From assembly GCA_964016885.1 (NCBI GenBank), contig OZ024754.1, positions 35,836,001 to 35,900,000 on the forward strand: a DNA stretch of 64,000 nucleotides. The letters are read 5' to 3'. The notes below the pieces were generated by a model. The model worked only from the letters and a program-made list of their open reading frames with translations, was not told the DNA's origin and did no database searches. Shown here piece by piece: positions 32,538 to 47,117 of the stretch; the stretch's first letter is position 1; each line of letters begins with the position of its first letter. A program made the position numbers and the translations under genes. The DNA comes from Eledone cirrhosa. Its lineage: Eukaryota.

Positions 32538-32588
32538 GAGTGTCACTGATGAAAGATTAACAAATCTTGAAACAGCTGTCTGTCATTC
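32538..32588 (+). ncRNA. Minimal type I hammerhead ribozyme
   Basis: gagtgtca CTGATGA aagat-taacaa-atctt GAAA cagctg TC tgtcattc; palindromic CAGCTG stem III; GUC triplet; one mismatch in stem I. Confidence 0.85.
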
Positions 32589-32807
32589 TCAGAACATACT
32601 GGCAACTCGGTGATATATTCACCAAGGAAAAAAGAGACAAACGTTTTCGTTACGTTACGAAAAAATATTTTTCTTCCTCATGTTTATTGCATATAAACGT
32701 AGTATATATGTTTATAAATAAGATATAATCTTAGGGGAAAACAAATAAAAGTCAGTATTAAATACTAAGGAGACTAGTTCTTTAAAAGGTGTTTAGAAAC
32801 GTCAATC

Positions 32808-33095
32808 GCTCTCCGATAGGTTTGCAGCCATGCCCTTGTCAGTGGAGACCTCTGGTGTCTTTGGTCCTAGGGCTACCTCCTACTCACCACCATAGGCGCT
32901 GAGCTGGCCAACCGCAGGGGTAAGCCACGCGAGATGGAATGGCTCTTCCGGCGCATCTCTCTTACCATCCAGCGGGGAAACGCCTTCTCCATTCTGCCCT
33001 GCGGGGCGGCCAGCACGTGAGACTCCATTTGCTCATAATACAGAGAGATGGAGGCGATGACAGTGGGAGTTTGGCTCTTCTGTGTTCGGACACAT
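32808..33095 (-). repeat. GC-rich dispersed repeat (family D)
   Basis: Reverse complement of 55800-56040 and 56110-56405; partial copy at 47355-47492. Confidence 0.75.
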
Positions 33096-33508
33096 TGACT
33101 GTCTATTTATATTTCTTCATTTGCTGATGCCACTGCAGATGTCCATTGTTTCGTTGGACATTTTCCTGGTATTCTTAACATTTTTCATGGAACTTTTCAA
33201 TCATTCATAGAAGATGGTAAAGGAAAAAAACTAATAGATTAAATTGCAAGTAAATTCTGTCTCTGTGTTAAGCGGTTTGTTGTTGTGGAAATTAATTATT
33301 TTCCACTATTTCTCGTCATTGCATAATCCGCAGGCTTTGGGCCCATTTATATAAGGTCGAGATTTTTCCAAAATCTTCTATTTGATGGAGAAGTCTATGT
33401 TGTTGTCTTTCAATTACAATATTTTAGTCGCCAAAGTTAGTCACTGATATATAGAAAGTCTCAATAAATGATAGCTAAAAATATCAGTTAGAGAATTATA
33501 TAAACATA

Positions 33509-33685
33509 GCGTATTTCCCGGCGCCGAAGACGCTTCGTCCTCGAGGAAGCACCCTAATTCTGACGACAACCAAAAATAATAATAAAAAAAAAGATAATAA
33601 ACAACCTTCGGCCTCCAGGACCCATGGTAGATTTTTGAAACTTATTTTAGGGCAAAAATAGCGTCTTCGACGTCGGGAAATACGG
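33509..33685. mobile_element. Tc1/mariner (pogo-like) MITE
   Basis: TA-(g)cgtatttcccggcgccgaagacgc ... gcgtcttcgacgtcgggaaatacgg-TA; second copy at 46938-47117. Confidence 0.85.
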
Positions 33686-33843
33686 TATATAGAAAAAGTT
33701 ATCCATAGTCAGCTCTATGTAGATTCCTAATAGAGTGACCTAAAATGTGCCTGCTAAGATATTAATCTCGCCATTAGCAGCAGTTTCTACTAGCCATTCT
33801 ATTACATAAAATAACCAGCATTGAAAACATTCAGTTTTATCAG

Positions 33844-34050
33844 ATGGCATTATCGGTAGAGAGTCGGACACCATGCTTTGCAGCATAGAGTTACGATCCT
33901 TTACGGTCTGAGTTCAAATCCCGCCGAGGTTAACTTTGCAGTTCATCCTTACGGAGTCAATGAAATAAAGTACCAGTAACGTACTGGGGTCGATTTAATC
34001 GACTTTCCCCACCCCCAAATTACTGGCCTTGTGCCTATACTGGAAATCAT
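33844..34050 (+). mobile_element. SINE-A (long-tail variant)
   Basis: Match to consensus. Confidence 0.85.
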
Positions 34051-34351
34051 TCTTTGAAAGAAAGGGTAGATATACCCATAGAATACATGTATGTGCCCAC
34101 GTGGTTGATTAGATGACGTACACGTTTTCTGGTGAAGATCCAAATTGGACTGAAAATCTATTAAATGTATTTATCATTTTTTTTTTTCAATTTACAGGGA
34201 AATTCGTATTTTCTGCCATGTTTACATGCCTACATATTAAATATATATATATAGTATATATTTATACATGTTGGTTATACACTATGTATTTATACAGATA
34301 AAATTAAATGTTATCATACACTTCGGCTGCTAGCGTATATTTTAATCTCTC

Positions 34352-34394
<43 letters not shown>

Positions 34395-34396
<2 letters not shown>

Positions 34397-34550
34397 AAAA
34401 TGTTTAACCCTGACGGCAGAGCTCAAGCCGTTTCGACGGCTATTTCTGGAAACAGAAATAAGTGCCAGAGGAGGCTGGGTTAGCTGGGCATGCTCACCGA
34501 CATCCAGATTTGACATTGCACTCAGTGCTCCTGTGGGAGCCCCTACATGG

Positions 34551-34552
<2 letters not shown>
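34395..34552. mobile_element. Family C half-hammerhead (minus) fused to an RTE LINE C-terminal fragment (plus), between (TA)n tracts
   Basis: gacggcagagctcaagccgtttcgacggcta, then a frame reading LAGHAHRHPDLTLHSVLLWEPLHG. Confidence 0.7.
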
Positions 34553-34603
<51 letters not shown>

Positions 34604-34754
34604 CAAAAGGGATATTTAATTTGTTGGTAATTCAACAAATATAAATGTTTATAATAGAATAAATATGGTTTTATAAATATAGTTTCCATTTATTTAATAT
34701 CATTGTATATATATACACACATATATAAATACATATATATCTATATCTATACAC

Positions 34755-34790
<36 letters not shown>

Positions 34791-35280
34791 GACATGATAA
34801 CAATGCCACCCCCCGCCACACTCCCACTACGACATCCAAAAACAACAACAAAAACAATGGACATCACGCGTATAACATTCTTCCATTGAACATACTACCA
34901 CCACCACCATGACCATCACCACCACCACCACTACAACCACCATCACCACCACCACCACCACCACTACTACCGCCACCACTACCAACACCACCACCACCAC
35001 CACCACTACAACCGCCACCACCACTACTACTGCCACCACTACCAACACCACCACCACCACCACCACCACTACTACTACCACCACCACTACCACCACCACC
35101 ACCACCACCACAACCAACAACAGCGGTACTGCCTCTGACCATAAAAACCAATGCTACCACCCAGGGTTCGAAACACCTTTGATCTTCTCTAGAGGATCGA
35201 TTGTTTGATAGTCGGGGTTAGTTTGACACAAGGATGTTGGAATGTGACTGAAGGGACATCGTGGTTGCTTACACAGCTGA

Positions 35281-35325
35281 GCCGGAAATGCTTCCATTGT
35301 CACGTGACTGCCTCACTGCGCATAT
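35281..35325. promoter_or_regulatory. Possible promoter motif cluster (ETS, E-box, NRF1-like)
   Basis: CCGGAAAT, palindromic GTCACGTGAC and TGCGCAT within 45 bp of unique sequence. Confidence 0.35.
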
Positions 35326-35388
35326 TCATATGTCCGCCTCTATATTTTTGCTCGTACAGTGATGTGTTGTGTCTATTTTATCTATGCC

Positions 35389-35420
<32 letters not shown>

Positions 35421-35466
35421 TAATGTGTGTGTGTGTGTGTGTATGTATATATATATATATATATCT

Positions 35467-35505
<39 letters not shown>

Positions 35506-35598
35506 AATATGTATAAACGTATATATAATAATGTGTGTGTATATATATACATATATATGTACACACACATATATATATATATATATGTATATAATAAA

Positions 35599-35631
<33 letters not shown>

Positions 35632-36494
35632 ATATATTTATTTATAAACATCTCTCTGTATGTATGTATGTATGTATGTATGTATGTATGTATGTATGTG
35701 ACGTGTGTATGTATATAGCTTTGATAACATATGCCATTTTTTTTCCTAACGAATTTTTCCTCTTTTTACTTATCTTATATTTTATGTAATTGTTTATTTC
35801 ATTTATTTATTTATCTATTTATTTATCTATCTATTTAGCTTTCGTTCAATCTCCTGTTTCATACATTGTATTTCGTTTTCTCTTCCTGTTATTGACAAGA
35901 CGTAAATAAGTTTCGTTGGAATCCCCTTTTATCGATGTTTCGAGAATATACGAGAACTCTTCCTGGCAGCGTTATATTATTATCTTTGTCTGAGATTCTC
36001 TTTTATCTCGTTCATTCACATCTTAGCTTCTTATATTCGATATGTTAACAAATATGGCGATTGGTAGGATTAGATCAATTGGAACGTTTCAGGACATTCG
36101 TGTTGCTGTTGTATGTATTCTTTGTCTGTTGTTCGCTAACTTTTACGAATATTAGTATTAAATGTCACACTAGCACAACGTTATCCGTAGGCTAAACTGT
36201 GCACATACATATAAGCGACATTGTGGCGCATTATCTAGAAATATATCTAATAAATAAAACAGTAAATAAATACTATGTGTGGCTTAGGGGTTGGCGTGTT
36301 TGGCCCACGATTGTAAGAAGGTCGTGAGTTCGATGCAAGGTGTGTGTGACTCTTCGTGTCCTTCAGGAAGACATTTTGTTTTAATGTTGCTTCAGTCCAC
36401 TCAGCTGGAAATAATGACTACCGAAGAAACTGGTGCCAAGCTGTGTCAGACATTTGTCTTTCTCTTGGACAACAGTCTATATAGTCATATACAC

Positions 36495-36990
36495 TATATA
36501 TACAGTATATAATGTAGTGTATATACTGTATATATGTAGTGTATATACTGTATATATGTAGTGTATATACTGTATATATGTAGTGTATATACTGTATATA
36601 TGTAGTGTATATACAGTATATATGTAGTGTATATACAGTATATATGTAGTATGTATAGTGTATATACAGTATATATGTAGTATGTATAGTGTATATACAG
36701 TATATATGTAGTATGTATAGTGTATTTACAGTATATATGTAGTGTGTATAGTGTATATACAGTATATATGTAGTGTGTATAGTGTATATACAGTATATAT
36801 GTAGTGTGTATAGTGTATATACAGTATATATGTAGTGTGTATAGTGTATATACAGTATATATGTAGTGTGTATAGTGTATATACAGTATATATGTAGTGT
36901 GTATAGTGTATATATGTAGTGTATATAGTGTATACACTGTATAGATCTAGGGTATATACTGTATACACTGTATAGATCTAGTGTATATAC
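36495..36990. repeat. 22/31-bp AT-rich minisatellite
   Basis: gtatatacagtatatatgtagt(gtgtatagt). Confidence 0.9.
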
Positions 36991-37290
36991 GAGTTGACAC
37001 TACAATGATGCCAAGTAGTATCAGTCTTTGTCTTACTCTTGGACAACATTGGCGACGTAGAGAGAAAGAGAGGGGGAGGTGTCTAGTATACATGGGCAAC
37101 TACTGGCCTTCCACAAAACACCATACCCTGGATTGTGACTTGGAGAGTAACTTTTCAGATACAAACACAGGATCAGTCGTGAGAGGACGGAGGAGGTTTC
37201 TAAATAAACACTAAAAGGCAGTGACCATCGTTTATGGATAATGTCTATACCCGAAAGAAACATTACACATAATATTCACGCCATTACGAT

Positions 37291-37462
37291 CAGTGCCGGG
37301 TTTAGGACAAATGAGGCCCTGTGCTAGTTAAGTTATGAGGCCCCTTACTTGGGTCCTGAAGGAGGTAAGCAAATTTTTGGCAGGAAGATGCTCTCCACCC
37401 CACCTTGGCCGACGGGGCCCTGTGCTTAAACACACCTAAGCACAATGGTAAATCTAGCCCTG
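37291..37462. mobile_element. Short hAT-like MITE
   Basis: Imperfect TIRs cagtgccgggttta / taaatctagccctg; flanks attacgat / catacgat (degenerate 8-bp TSD); subterminal ggccc motifs. Confidence 0.65.
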
Positions 37463-37644
37463 CATACGATCATTGAAGCTGATCATTAAAAAACTACCAA
37501 GATTGGAGACACAATACATTGTCAAAGATCTACCAACTAGAAAAGATTAAAAAAGATTCAAAAATGGAAACTTCTAGCTACTTTAAAGCTTCTATCTATA
37601 TACTACTAAAACTCTGTGATTGTGTGTTTGCCTGTAATTTAATA

Positions 37645-38905
37645 CTCACACACATGTAAATATATGTATACCTGCATGCACACGTTCACACATAGACTCA
37701 TTCATACACACATGCACATGTTCACACAGCCACATGCATAGACAAACAGACATACATACTCATACTCACACACACATACTCATATAAACAAACACACACA
37801 TATTCATACTCACAAACGCACACATATTCATACTCACAAACGCACACATACTCACATACTCATACACACAAACACACATATACTCATACATACACACATG
37901 CAATCACGCACAGGTTCACAAAGCCACATGCATAGACAAACAGACACACACATACACATACTCATACACACACACACATATTCATACACACACACACACA
38001 TATTCATACACACATACACACACATATACTCATAGAAACACACATACTTATACTCATAGACAAACAGACACACATACACACGCAAACATCCACATTACAA
38101 ATACATACGCACACACACAAACGGATTCACACACACATAGACACAAACACACATACAGATAGACACACAAACATACACACTCACACACACATGCATATTT
38201 CTGAGAAAAGTCCCTGCACCCATACACAAACACACACATACAATATACACCACTCACACACACACACACGCCATACATACCACACACACACACACACACG
38301 CCATACATACCACACACACACCTCCCAGTCACACGTCTCAGTCACACACACAGACACACATGTACATACACACACACATACATACCATACATACTTCACA
38401 CATACATACCATACATACTTCATACATACACACACACGTCACTATAAAACGCACGTCTCAGTCATACACACATACCCTACATACGCACACACACACACAC
38501 ACACACCCTTACATTACATCACATACCCCCATCCACCACCATCACCACCACCAGCAACCACCACCACTAGCATCACAACCACCACCATCAGCATCACCAT
38601 CACCACCATCACCAACACCACAAACAACCCCCCCCCCCCCCCCCCCCCCCCCAGCACCACCACCATCACCAACGACGACGACCACCACAACCACCACCCC
38701 CATCACCACACCACAACCACCCCCACCCCTATCACCACCACCACCACCACCCCCATCACCACACCACAACCACCCCCACCCCTATCACCACCACCACCAC
38801 CACCTCCAACACCACCACCACAACCACCGCCACCCCTATCACCACCACCACCAGCATCACCATCACCACCACCACCACCACCATCATCCCCCCACCACCA
38901 CCATA
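37645..38905. repeat. (CA)n-rich and (CCA)n simple repeats
   Basis: Direct inspection. Confidence 0.9.
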
Positions 38906-39169
38906 GAGTGGAATATATCTTCCATATAGTCGGACGATATAAGAGCATGGCTATTTTTCGCCTGCAGGCTGGTTGCCGCAAGGAAGAAAATGGCGTCTAA
39001 TCTTGTAACGTCGCCATCATTCCTCATTGGCTAATATACTTGTTTCGACTGAACCCAGGAAAAAGAAGCGAAAATATAAGGAAAATAATGGCAAATAAAA
39101 AGAAGAAAAAAGGACATATTAATAAAACTAGATACAATACTAAATACAATAACCAAATAGAATAATAAA

Positions 39170-40035
39170 TATATGGTGGGGGAGAGTATAGTTGATATGG
39201 TGGGGAGAGAGTATACTTGATATAGTGGGGGGGAGAGAGTATACTTGATATAGTGGGGGGGAGAGAGTATACTTGATATGATGGGGAGAGTATAGTTCAT
39301 ATGGTGGGGAGAGAGTATAGTTGATATGGTGGGGAAAGAGAGTATAGTTCATATGGTGGGGAGAGAATATAGTTGATATGGTGTGGAAAGAGTATAGTTG
39401 ATATGGTGGGGAGAGAGTATAGTTGATATGGTGGGGAGAGGGAGAGAATATAGTTGATATGGTGTGGAAAGAGTATAGTTGATATGGTGTGGAAAGAGAG
39501 TATAGTTGATATGGTGTGGGGAGAGAGTATAGTTGATATGGTGGGGAGAGAATATAGTTGATATGGTGGGGAGAGAGTATAGTTGATATGGTGGGGAGAG
39601 AGTATAGTTGATATGGTGGGGAGAGGGAGAGAATATAGTTGATATGGTGTGGAAAGAGTATAGTTGATATGGTGGGGAGAGAATATAGTTGATATGGTGG
39701 GGAGAGAATATAGTTGATATGGTGGGGAGAGAGTATAGTTGATATGGTGGGGAGAGAGTATAGTTCATATGGTGGGGAGAGAGAGTATAGTTGATATGGT
39801 GGGGAGAGTGGAGAGAGTATAGTTGATATGGTGGGGAGAGTATAGTTCATATGGTGGGAGAGTATAGTTGATATGGTGGAGAGAGTATAGTTGATATGGT
39901 GTGGAAGAGAGTATAGTTGATATGGTGGAAGAGAGTATAGTTGATATGGTGTGGAAGAGAGTATAATTGATATGGTGTAGAAGAGAGTATAATTGATGTG
40001 GTCGGGAGAGTGGAGAGAGTATAATTGATGTGGGT
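39170..40035. repeat. ~26-bp G-rich minisatellite (~30 copies)
   Basis: gagagtatagttgatatggtgggga. Confidence 0.9.
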
Positions 40036-40518
40036 TGTGTGGCTGAGATAGAAGAAATTTCGGCCTATCCGGTGGAGACGGGGGCAGTTTAAAAGTGCAG
40101 ATAACGGAAATGAAAAGGCTTTAAACTATAGAGTGGACGTTGGCCAAAACTACGATGACCAACAATAACAACGACGACAACAACAACAATATTGACTAGG
40201 GTGACGACAACAACAGCAGTAATAACAACAACAACAGCAGCAGTAATAACAACAACAACAGCAGTAATAACAACAACAACAGCAGTAACAATAACAATAG
40301 TGACAACAACAACAGCAGTAACAATAACAATAGCGACAACAACAATAAGAATAGTGACAACAACAACAACCACAGTAACAATAGCGACAACAACAACAAT
40401 AAGATGAACATCAAATCTATTTCTCCAAATATGGTTTCCTTAATTATGGAGATCGGATTGTGGAGAGTTAAAGAAAGAGGTGGAAGTGGGAGGCAAAGAG
40501 GAACGTGGTCAGATGTAG

Positions 40519-40650
<132 letters not shown>

Positions 40651-40982
40651 ATACTCACACACACACACACATACTCATACACACACACACACACACGCAC
40701 ACGCACACGCACTCGCACACACACTCACACACACACACATACACATACCCTCACACATACACACACACACACACTCACACACACATACACATACACACAC
40801 AGACACACACACACACGCACATATATGCGTATGTATATAAATAAATACAGATATATATATATATAAATATATATATATATACTTAGGGTAAACATTCTAT
40901 ATATATATATATATATATACATATGTGTTTATATATATATATATATATATACATATGTGTTTATATATATATATACATATGT

Positions 40983-41020
<38 letters not shown>

Positions 41021-41072
41021 GTGTTTATATATATATATACATATGTGTTTATATATATATATATACATATGT

Positions 41073-41108
<36 letters not shown>

Positions 41109-41150
41109 GTGTTTATATATATATATATTTATATATATATATACATATGT

Positions 41151-41196
<46 letters not shown>

Positions 41197-41247
41197 GTGT
41201 TTATATATATATATATATACACATATGTGTGTATATATATATACATA

Positions 41248-41302
<55 letters not shown>

Positions 41303-41387
41303 TAAGTATTTCCATAGAAAAGGTAGAGGAACGAAGAGTGCTCTATGTATTGTACAGCGCTACATTTAATAGATATTAAAAATAAAG

Positions 41388-41460
41388 ATTCCTTCTGATG
41401 AGCGATATCAGACGTTTCTGTTAGAATCTTCTAACTTCGTGAAACCTTGGGTAATGGAAT
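41388..41460 (+). ncRNA. Type I hammerhead ribozyme with branched stem II
   Basis: attcctt CTGATGA gcga-[cagacgtttctg][gttagaatcttctaac]-tcgt GAAA cc-ttg-gg TA atggaat. Confidence 0.75.
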
Positions 41461-41854
41461 AATTATATTGTGTTATTTATTACATAAATTAAAATATATA
41501 TATTTATGTAGGGGAACTTTCTAGGTGCAAATCCCATGGTTATTGGTGCATTTGTTTCCAGCAGGCCGAGTGGACATCGTTTGTGTTCCAGCGTGTTGTA
41601 AATGAGTTTGACTGTTTGCGAGGCGGGTGATTGTTTACGTCCAGGTGGTATTTCATTTTAAGTACTTTAGTTTCATTATATAAGAAATCTATCGATAGGT
41701 TATTGAAATCTATACTCGCAGTAATACACATTGGGAATTTGGAAATTCTGGCCATTGACCCCAGAGAAGATGCTTTGACTAGCATCGTGTCAGTGTTTTA
41801 CTGTAGTTTAATAACTTGTATGATCGCCAGATCTATAAATGGTTGCGATATTAT

Positions 41855-42700
41855 ATTTCAGGAAATTGCTGATCCTGGTCACTGAACTTAGAAATGTTTC
41901 CCTGATCCAGTTCTATAGATGTTTGTAATATTACATTTCAGGAAATTGCTGATCCTGGCCACTGAACTTAGAAAGGTTTCCCTGATCCAGTTCTATAGAT
42001 GTTTGTAATATTACATTTCAGGAAATTGCTGATCCTGGCCACTGAACTTTGAAGGGTTTCTCTGACCCAGGTCTGTAGATGTTAGCCGTAATACACTTGG
42101 GGAAACTTGGTGATCCTGGTCACTGAACTTTGAAGGGTTTCTCTGACCCAGGTCTGTAGATGTTAGCTCTAATACACTTGGGGAAACTTGGTGATCCTGG
42201 TCACTGGCTTTTGAAGGGTTTCTCTGACCCAGGTCTGTAGATGTTAGCTGTAATACACTTGGGAAACTTGGTGATCCTGGTCACTGAACTTTGAAGGGTT
42301 TCTCTGACCCAGGTCTGTAGATGTTAGCTGTAATACACTTGGGGAACTTGGTGATCCTGGTCACTGAACTTTGAAGGGTTTCTCTGACCCAGGTCTGTAG
42401 ATGTTAGCTGTAATACACTTGGGGAACTTGGTGATCCTGGCCACTGACCTTAGAAATGTACCTCTGATCTGGTCTATAGCAGTAATACACTTGGGAACTT
42501 GGTGATCCTGGGCACTGACCTTAGAAATGTACCTCTGATCTGGTCTATAGCAGTAATACACTTGGGGAACTTGGTGATCCTGGGCACTGACCTTAGAAAA
42601 GTACCTCTGATCCGGTCTATAGCAGTAATACACTTGGGGAACTTGGTGATCCTGGGCACTGACCTTAGAAAAGTACCTCTGATCCGGTCTATAGCAGTAA
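41855..42700. repeat. 80-bp then ~72-bp tandem repeat, 11 units in three sequence blocks
   Basis: gatcctgg recurs at ~41871, 41951, 42031, 42112, 42193, 42273, 42353, 42433, 42504, 42577, 42648. Confidence 0.9.
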
Positions 42701-42776
42701 TGACCCAGGTCTGTAGGGTCGTAACTGAGGTAATACATAAGGTCATGCCAAGATAAGAACTGAGAGTCGTAACTAA

Positions 42777-42999
42777 CCCTTTAGCATTTACATTACTCTA
42801 TATATATACTATTGTATTTTTGTGGTAAAAGCTTTACCTCACATAATTATCTCACATAATATCGAGTCTATGGAATTTTGATATTATTAATTTTGAGAAC
42901 AGTACCTTAACATCAGTATGAATGGCCGGTTATGGCTGGTTTGAACAGAAAAGGGTGAGAGTATTCTGGTCGGATACAGTCGGTTTAAATGCTAAAGAG
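42777..42999. mobile_element. piggyBac-type MITE (uninterrupted copy)
   Basis: ccctttagcattta ... taaatgctaaagag; inverted homologue of 8965-9357. Confidence 0.7.
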
Positions 43000-43547
43000 C
43001 TAGGGGAATTTTCTTCGACATACTACATATTGATTCGGATCCATCTCTTGGTTGGTGATGGCCTCAACTAATAAGGTTTAGGGGACGTTGAGGTGGTGGT
43101 AGTGGAATTTTATTTGTATTTTATATGTCGTTGATGGTTTTTTTGTGTGTATATAGTGGGTTGGACTATAGCAATGGTAATAAATAGAGTTGGTACAGAA
43201 TGGTTGTATAGATGGTATTGTTCGGGATGTGTATCGTAGCGTTCAGGATAGGGGTGTTCATAATAGGGAGAGAAACGGTTAAAATAACGGAAGTAATGGG
43301 TGGGAATGGTGGCAATTGGAAGAATGGTAAAGAGGAAAGTCTGTGTGTGTGTGTGTGTGTGGAGAGAGAGAGAGTGTGTGTGGGGGGGGGGGGGGCACTG
43401 ATTGACAGACAGACAAACAAAGCAGAAGGGGAAAAATAGCTTAAGGAGAACCAGAACCTGACAGCAATTAATGCGGGTGATAAAAGAATGAAAGAAAAGA
43501 AAGAAACGCGTGAAAGTCTGAATGAATAATATTAATACTACTACTAC

Positions 43548-43579
<32 letters not shown>

Positions 43580-44065
43580 TTAATAATAAAATGGAAGAAA
43601 TGATTGAAAGATGAAATAAATGATAAAAATAAAATAATGAAAAAAAAAAGTAGCCGATAACTAGTGGTGGAAAATGAACAAATAGATAGAATAAAAACAA
43701 GGAAAAAAACTACTTATAAACATAATAATAAAGAATGAGTGACTGAAGGAATGAAGAAAGGGAAAAAATAAAGCAGCAGAGTCTTAGAAAAAGCAGACGA
43801 CAAGCGATGCGGGTGATAAAAAGGGAAGGAAAAATAATATGAAACCTGGATGTACAAGGGAAAAATTGGTTGAAAGAAAACGAATGCGATGTGAGACAGG
43901 CATCGTAAGTGATGAAAAAGGAAAAATAGAGGCCAGGGGATGATGTGATGGATGGAGGGCAGGGCTAAGATGTTTTGGGAAGTCGTGTAAATGTGAAAAT
44001 TAAATGTCAACGAAATTTGATATGGTCACTGCTGTCAGGAAGGAACTAATGCGGAATGAGGAAGC

Positions 44066-44460
44066 ATATACACCACATGCATACACACACACTTACACAC
44101 ATATATATAAATATATAAATAACACATGTACACATACACACACACTTACTCACATATATATAAATATATATATATATAAATTAACACATGTACACATACA
44201 CACACGCACGCACACACATATACACGCACATACATGTGCATACACACACACACAACACACATATATATAAATATATATATATATATAAATTAACACATGT
44301 ACACATACACACACGCACGCAGACACATATACACGCACATACATGTGCATACACACACACACACACACACATATATATAAATATATATATATATATAAAT
44401 TAACACATGTACACATACACACACGCACGCAGACACATATACACGCACATACATGTGCAT

Positions 44461-44493
<33 letters not shown>

Positions 44494-45026
44494 AATATAT
44501 ATATATATAAATTAACACATGTACACATACACACACGCACGCACACACATATACACGCACATACATGTGCATACACACACACACACACACATATATAAAT
44601 ATATATATATATATAAATTAACACATGTACACATACACACACGCACGCAGACACATATACACGCACATACATGTGCATACACACACACACACACACACAC
44701 ACACGTAAATATAAGAACACATGTACACATACACACACGCATGCACACACATATACACACATACACACATATATATATATGAACATATACACACATATAT
44801 ATATCTATATATATATATATATAAACACATACACATGCACACACACGCACGCGCACATACGCACACACATGCACATACGCCCCCCCCAACACACACACAC
44901 GGATACGCCAACATTCACATATGCAGACTAATACACACATATACAAACACACACACACACGGATACACCCACACATATATATGCACATACACACACACAC
45001 ACACGCGGATACACCCACACATATAT

Positions 45027-45072
<46 letters not shown>

Positions 45073-45105
45073 GGATACACCCACACATATATATGCACAC
45101 AAACA

Positions 45106-45145
<40 letters not shown>

Positions 45146-45295
45146 CGATACACCCACACATACATATGCACACACACACACACACACATGTATATGCACA
45201 CACACACACGGATACACCCACACATACATATGCACACAAACACACACACACATACACCCACACATACATATGCACACACACACACACACACACAG
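44066..45295. repeat. (CA)/(TA)-based ~110-bp tandem units and CA microsatellite
   Basis: taaattaacacatgtacacatacacacacgcacg recurs. Confidence 0.85.
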
Positions 45296-45638
45296 TCATA
45301 CGTGTTGGCCCTCCGTCGTTTCGCCGAGGAGTGTTCCAGTAGTTTGAAGAAGGGGAACAACCGTAAGCACGCGTAAGATAATTTAGTCCTCAGGAAGATT
45401 CAGCCCTAATACACTGGGTGGCTAGTTATGTTCTTTGAATTATGTGCACAAGACAACTTTTTTTTCCAGCTGAGTGGACTGAAGCAACGTAAAGTAAAGA
45501 GTCTTGCTCAAGGACACAGTGTCTCACAGGAAATTGGACTTAAGACTTTACAATCTTGAATGGCATATCGTAACTATTTTATATAGTGTTTATATTAAGG
45601 CCAGCACCCCTTCGTTTGTCATCTCCTTAGAAACGTAC

Positions 45639-45672
<34 letters not shown>

Positions 45673-46489
45673 GGTGGGGGAGAGTTAAAAAGAGGGAGAG
45701 GGAGAGAGAGAGGTGTGAGATAGAGAGACAGATGGGGAGAGGGGTGGAAGAGAGGAGGGAAGGGGAGGGTATTAAGCAAATAGAAGCCGATAGAGGCCGA
45801 AAAGAAAATAATGTGTAAGACGAAGAGGTTAAGGGAAGATGGCGGTAATGATGATGATAGTGATGGTGATAGTGGTGGTGATGGTGATGGTGATGATGGT
45901 GGTGGTGATGGTGGTGGTGATGATGACAAAGAAGCTGAAAAGAAGAAAAAGAAGAAGAAAAAGAGATGTGGGTGAGAAGCAGAAAAAGAAGTAATAGAAT
46001 GAGAAGAAAAAGAGGAAGAAGAAAGAAGAGAGAGGGGGAAGAAAGACAAGATGTAGAGAAAGACAGAAAGAAGGAGGAGAGGGAGAGAAAGGAAAGAGAA
46101 AATGAAGACGAAGAAAGAAAAGAAAGAACAAACTAGGAGGGGGGGATGAGGAGGAGCAGGCGGAGGAAGATGGTGGAGGAGAAGGAGGAGGGAGTGGAGG
46201 ATGAGGAGGAGAGGGTGGAGGAAGAGGGGGAGAATGAGGAGGAGGGGGAAGATGGAGAGGAGGGAGTGGAGGAGGAGAGGGTGGAGGAAGAGAGGAGGAG
46301 GAGGAAAGAGAGGAGGCGGAGGAGGAAGATGGAGAGGAGAAGGAGGAGGGAGTGGAGGATGAGGAGGAGAGGGGGGGGGGAGAGGAGGAAAAGGAGGAGG
46401 GGAGGAGAGGAGTTATTGGTGGAATAGAATCATCAGTTATCAGTTTGTAAATAGCAACAAAGATATCTCAGTCGGTTGACGGATATGGT

Positions 46490-46630
<141 letters not shown>

Positions 46631-46937
46631 GAAATACTGTTGGCTTCACGCTCACAACAATTTCTATACTTTAATTTATATATATATATTTATATATTTA
46701 TATATAGATTACGATATATATATATATGTATTTTATACACACATCCGTACACACACACATATATATATAAATTATATATATGTGTGTATGTGCGTGTGTA
46801 ATTGATATGTCTACTGTATGTTTAATGACTGAATCAATCAACCAACCAACCAATCACTCAATCAATCGATAGGTTAACCTATTTCTCTCTAAAGAGAAAT
46901 ATGGTCGAAATATTACTTTGCTAAACAGAATTATCTA

Positions 46938-47117
46938 CCGTATTTCCCGGCGCTGAAGACGCTTCATCCTCGAGAACGCACCCTAATTTTGACAACCAAA
47001 AATTTGAAAAAAAAAAAAAATTAAAATAATTTACAACCCTCGGCCTCCAGGGCGGATGGTAAATTTTTGAGACTTATTTTAGGAAAAAGGTAGCGTCTTC
47101 GACGCCGGGAAATACGG
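46938..47117. mobile_element. Tc1/mariner (pogo-like) MITE
   Basis: TA-ccgtatttcccggcgctgaagacgc ... gcgtcttcgacgccgggaaatacgg-TA. Confidence 0.88.
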
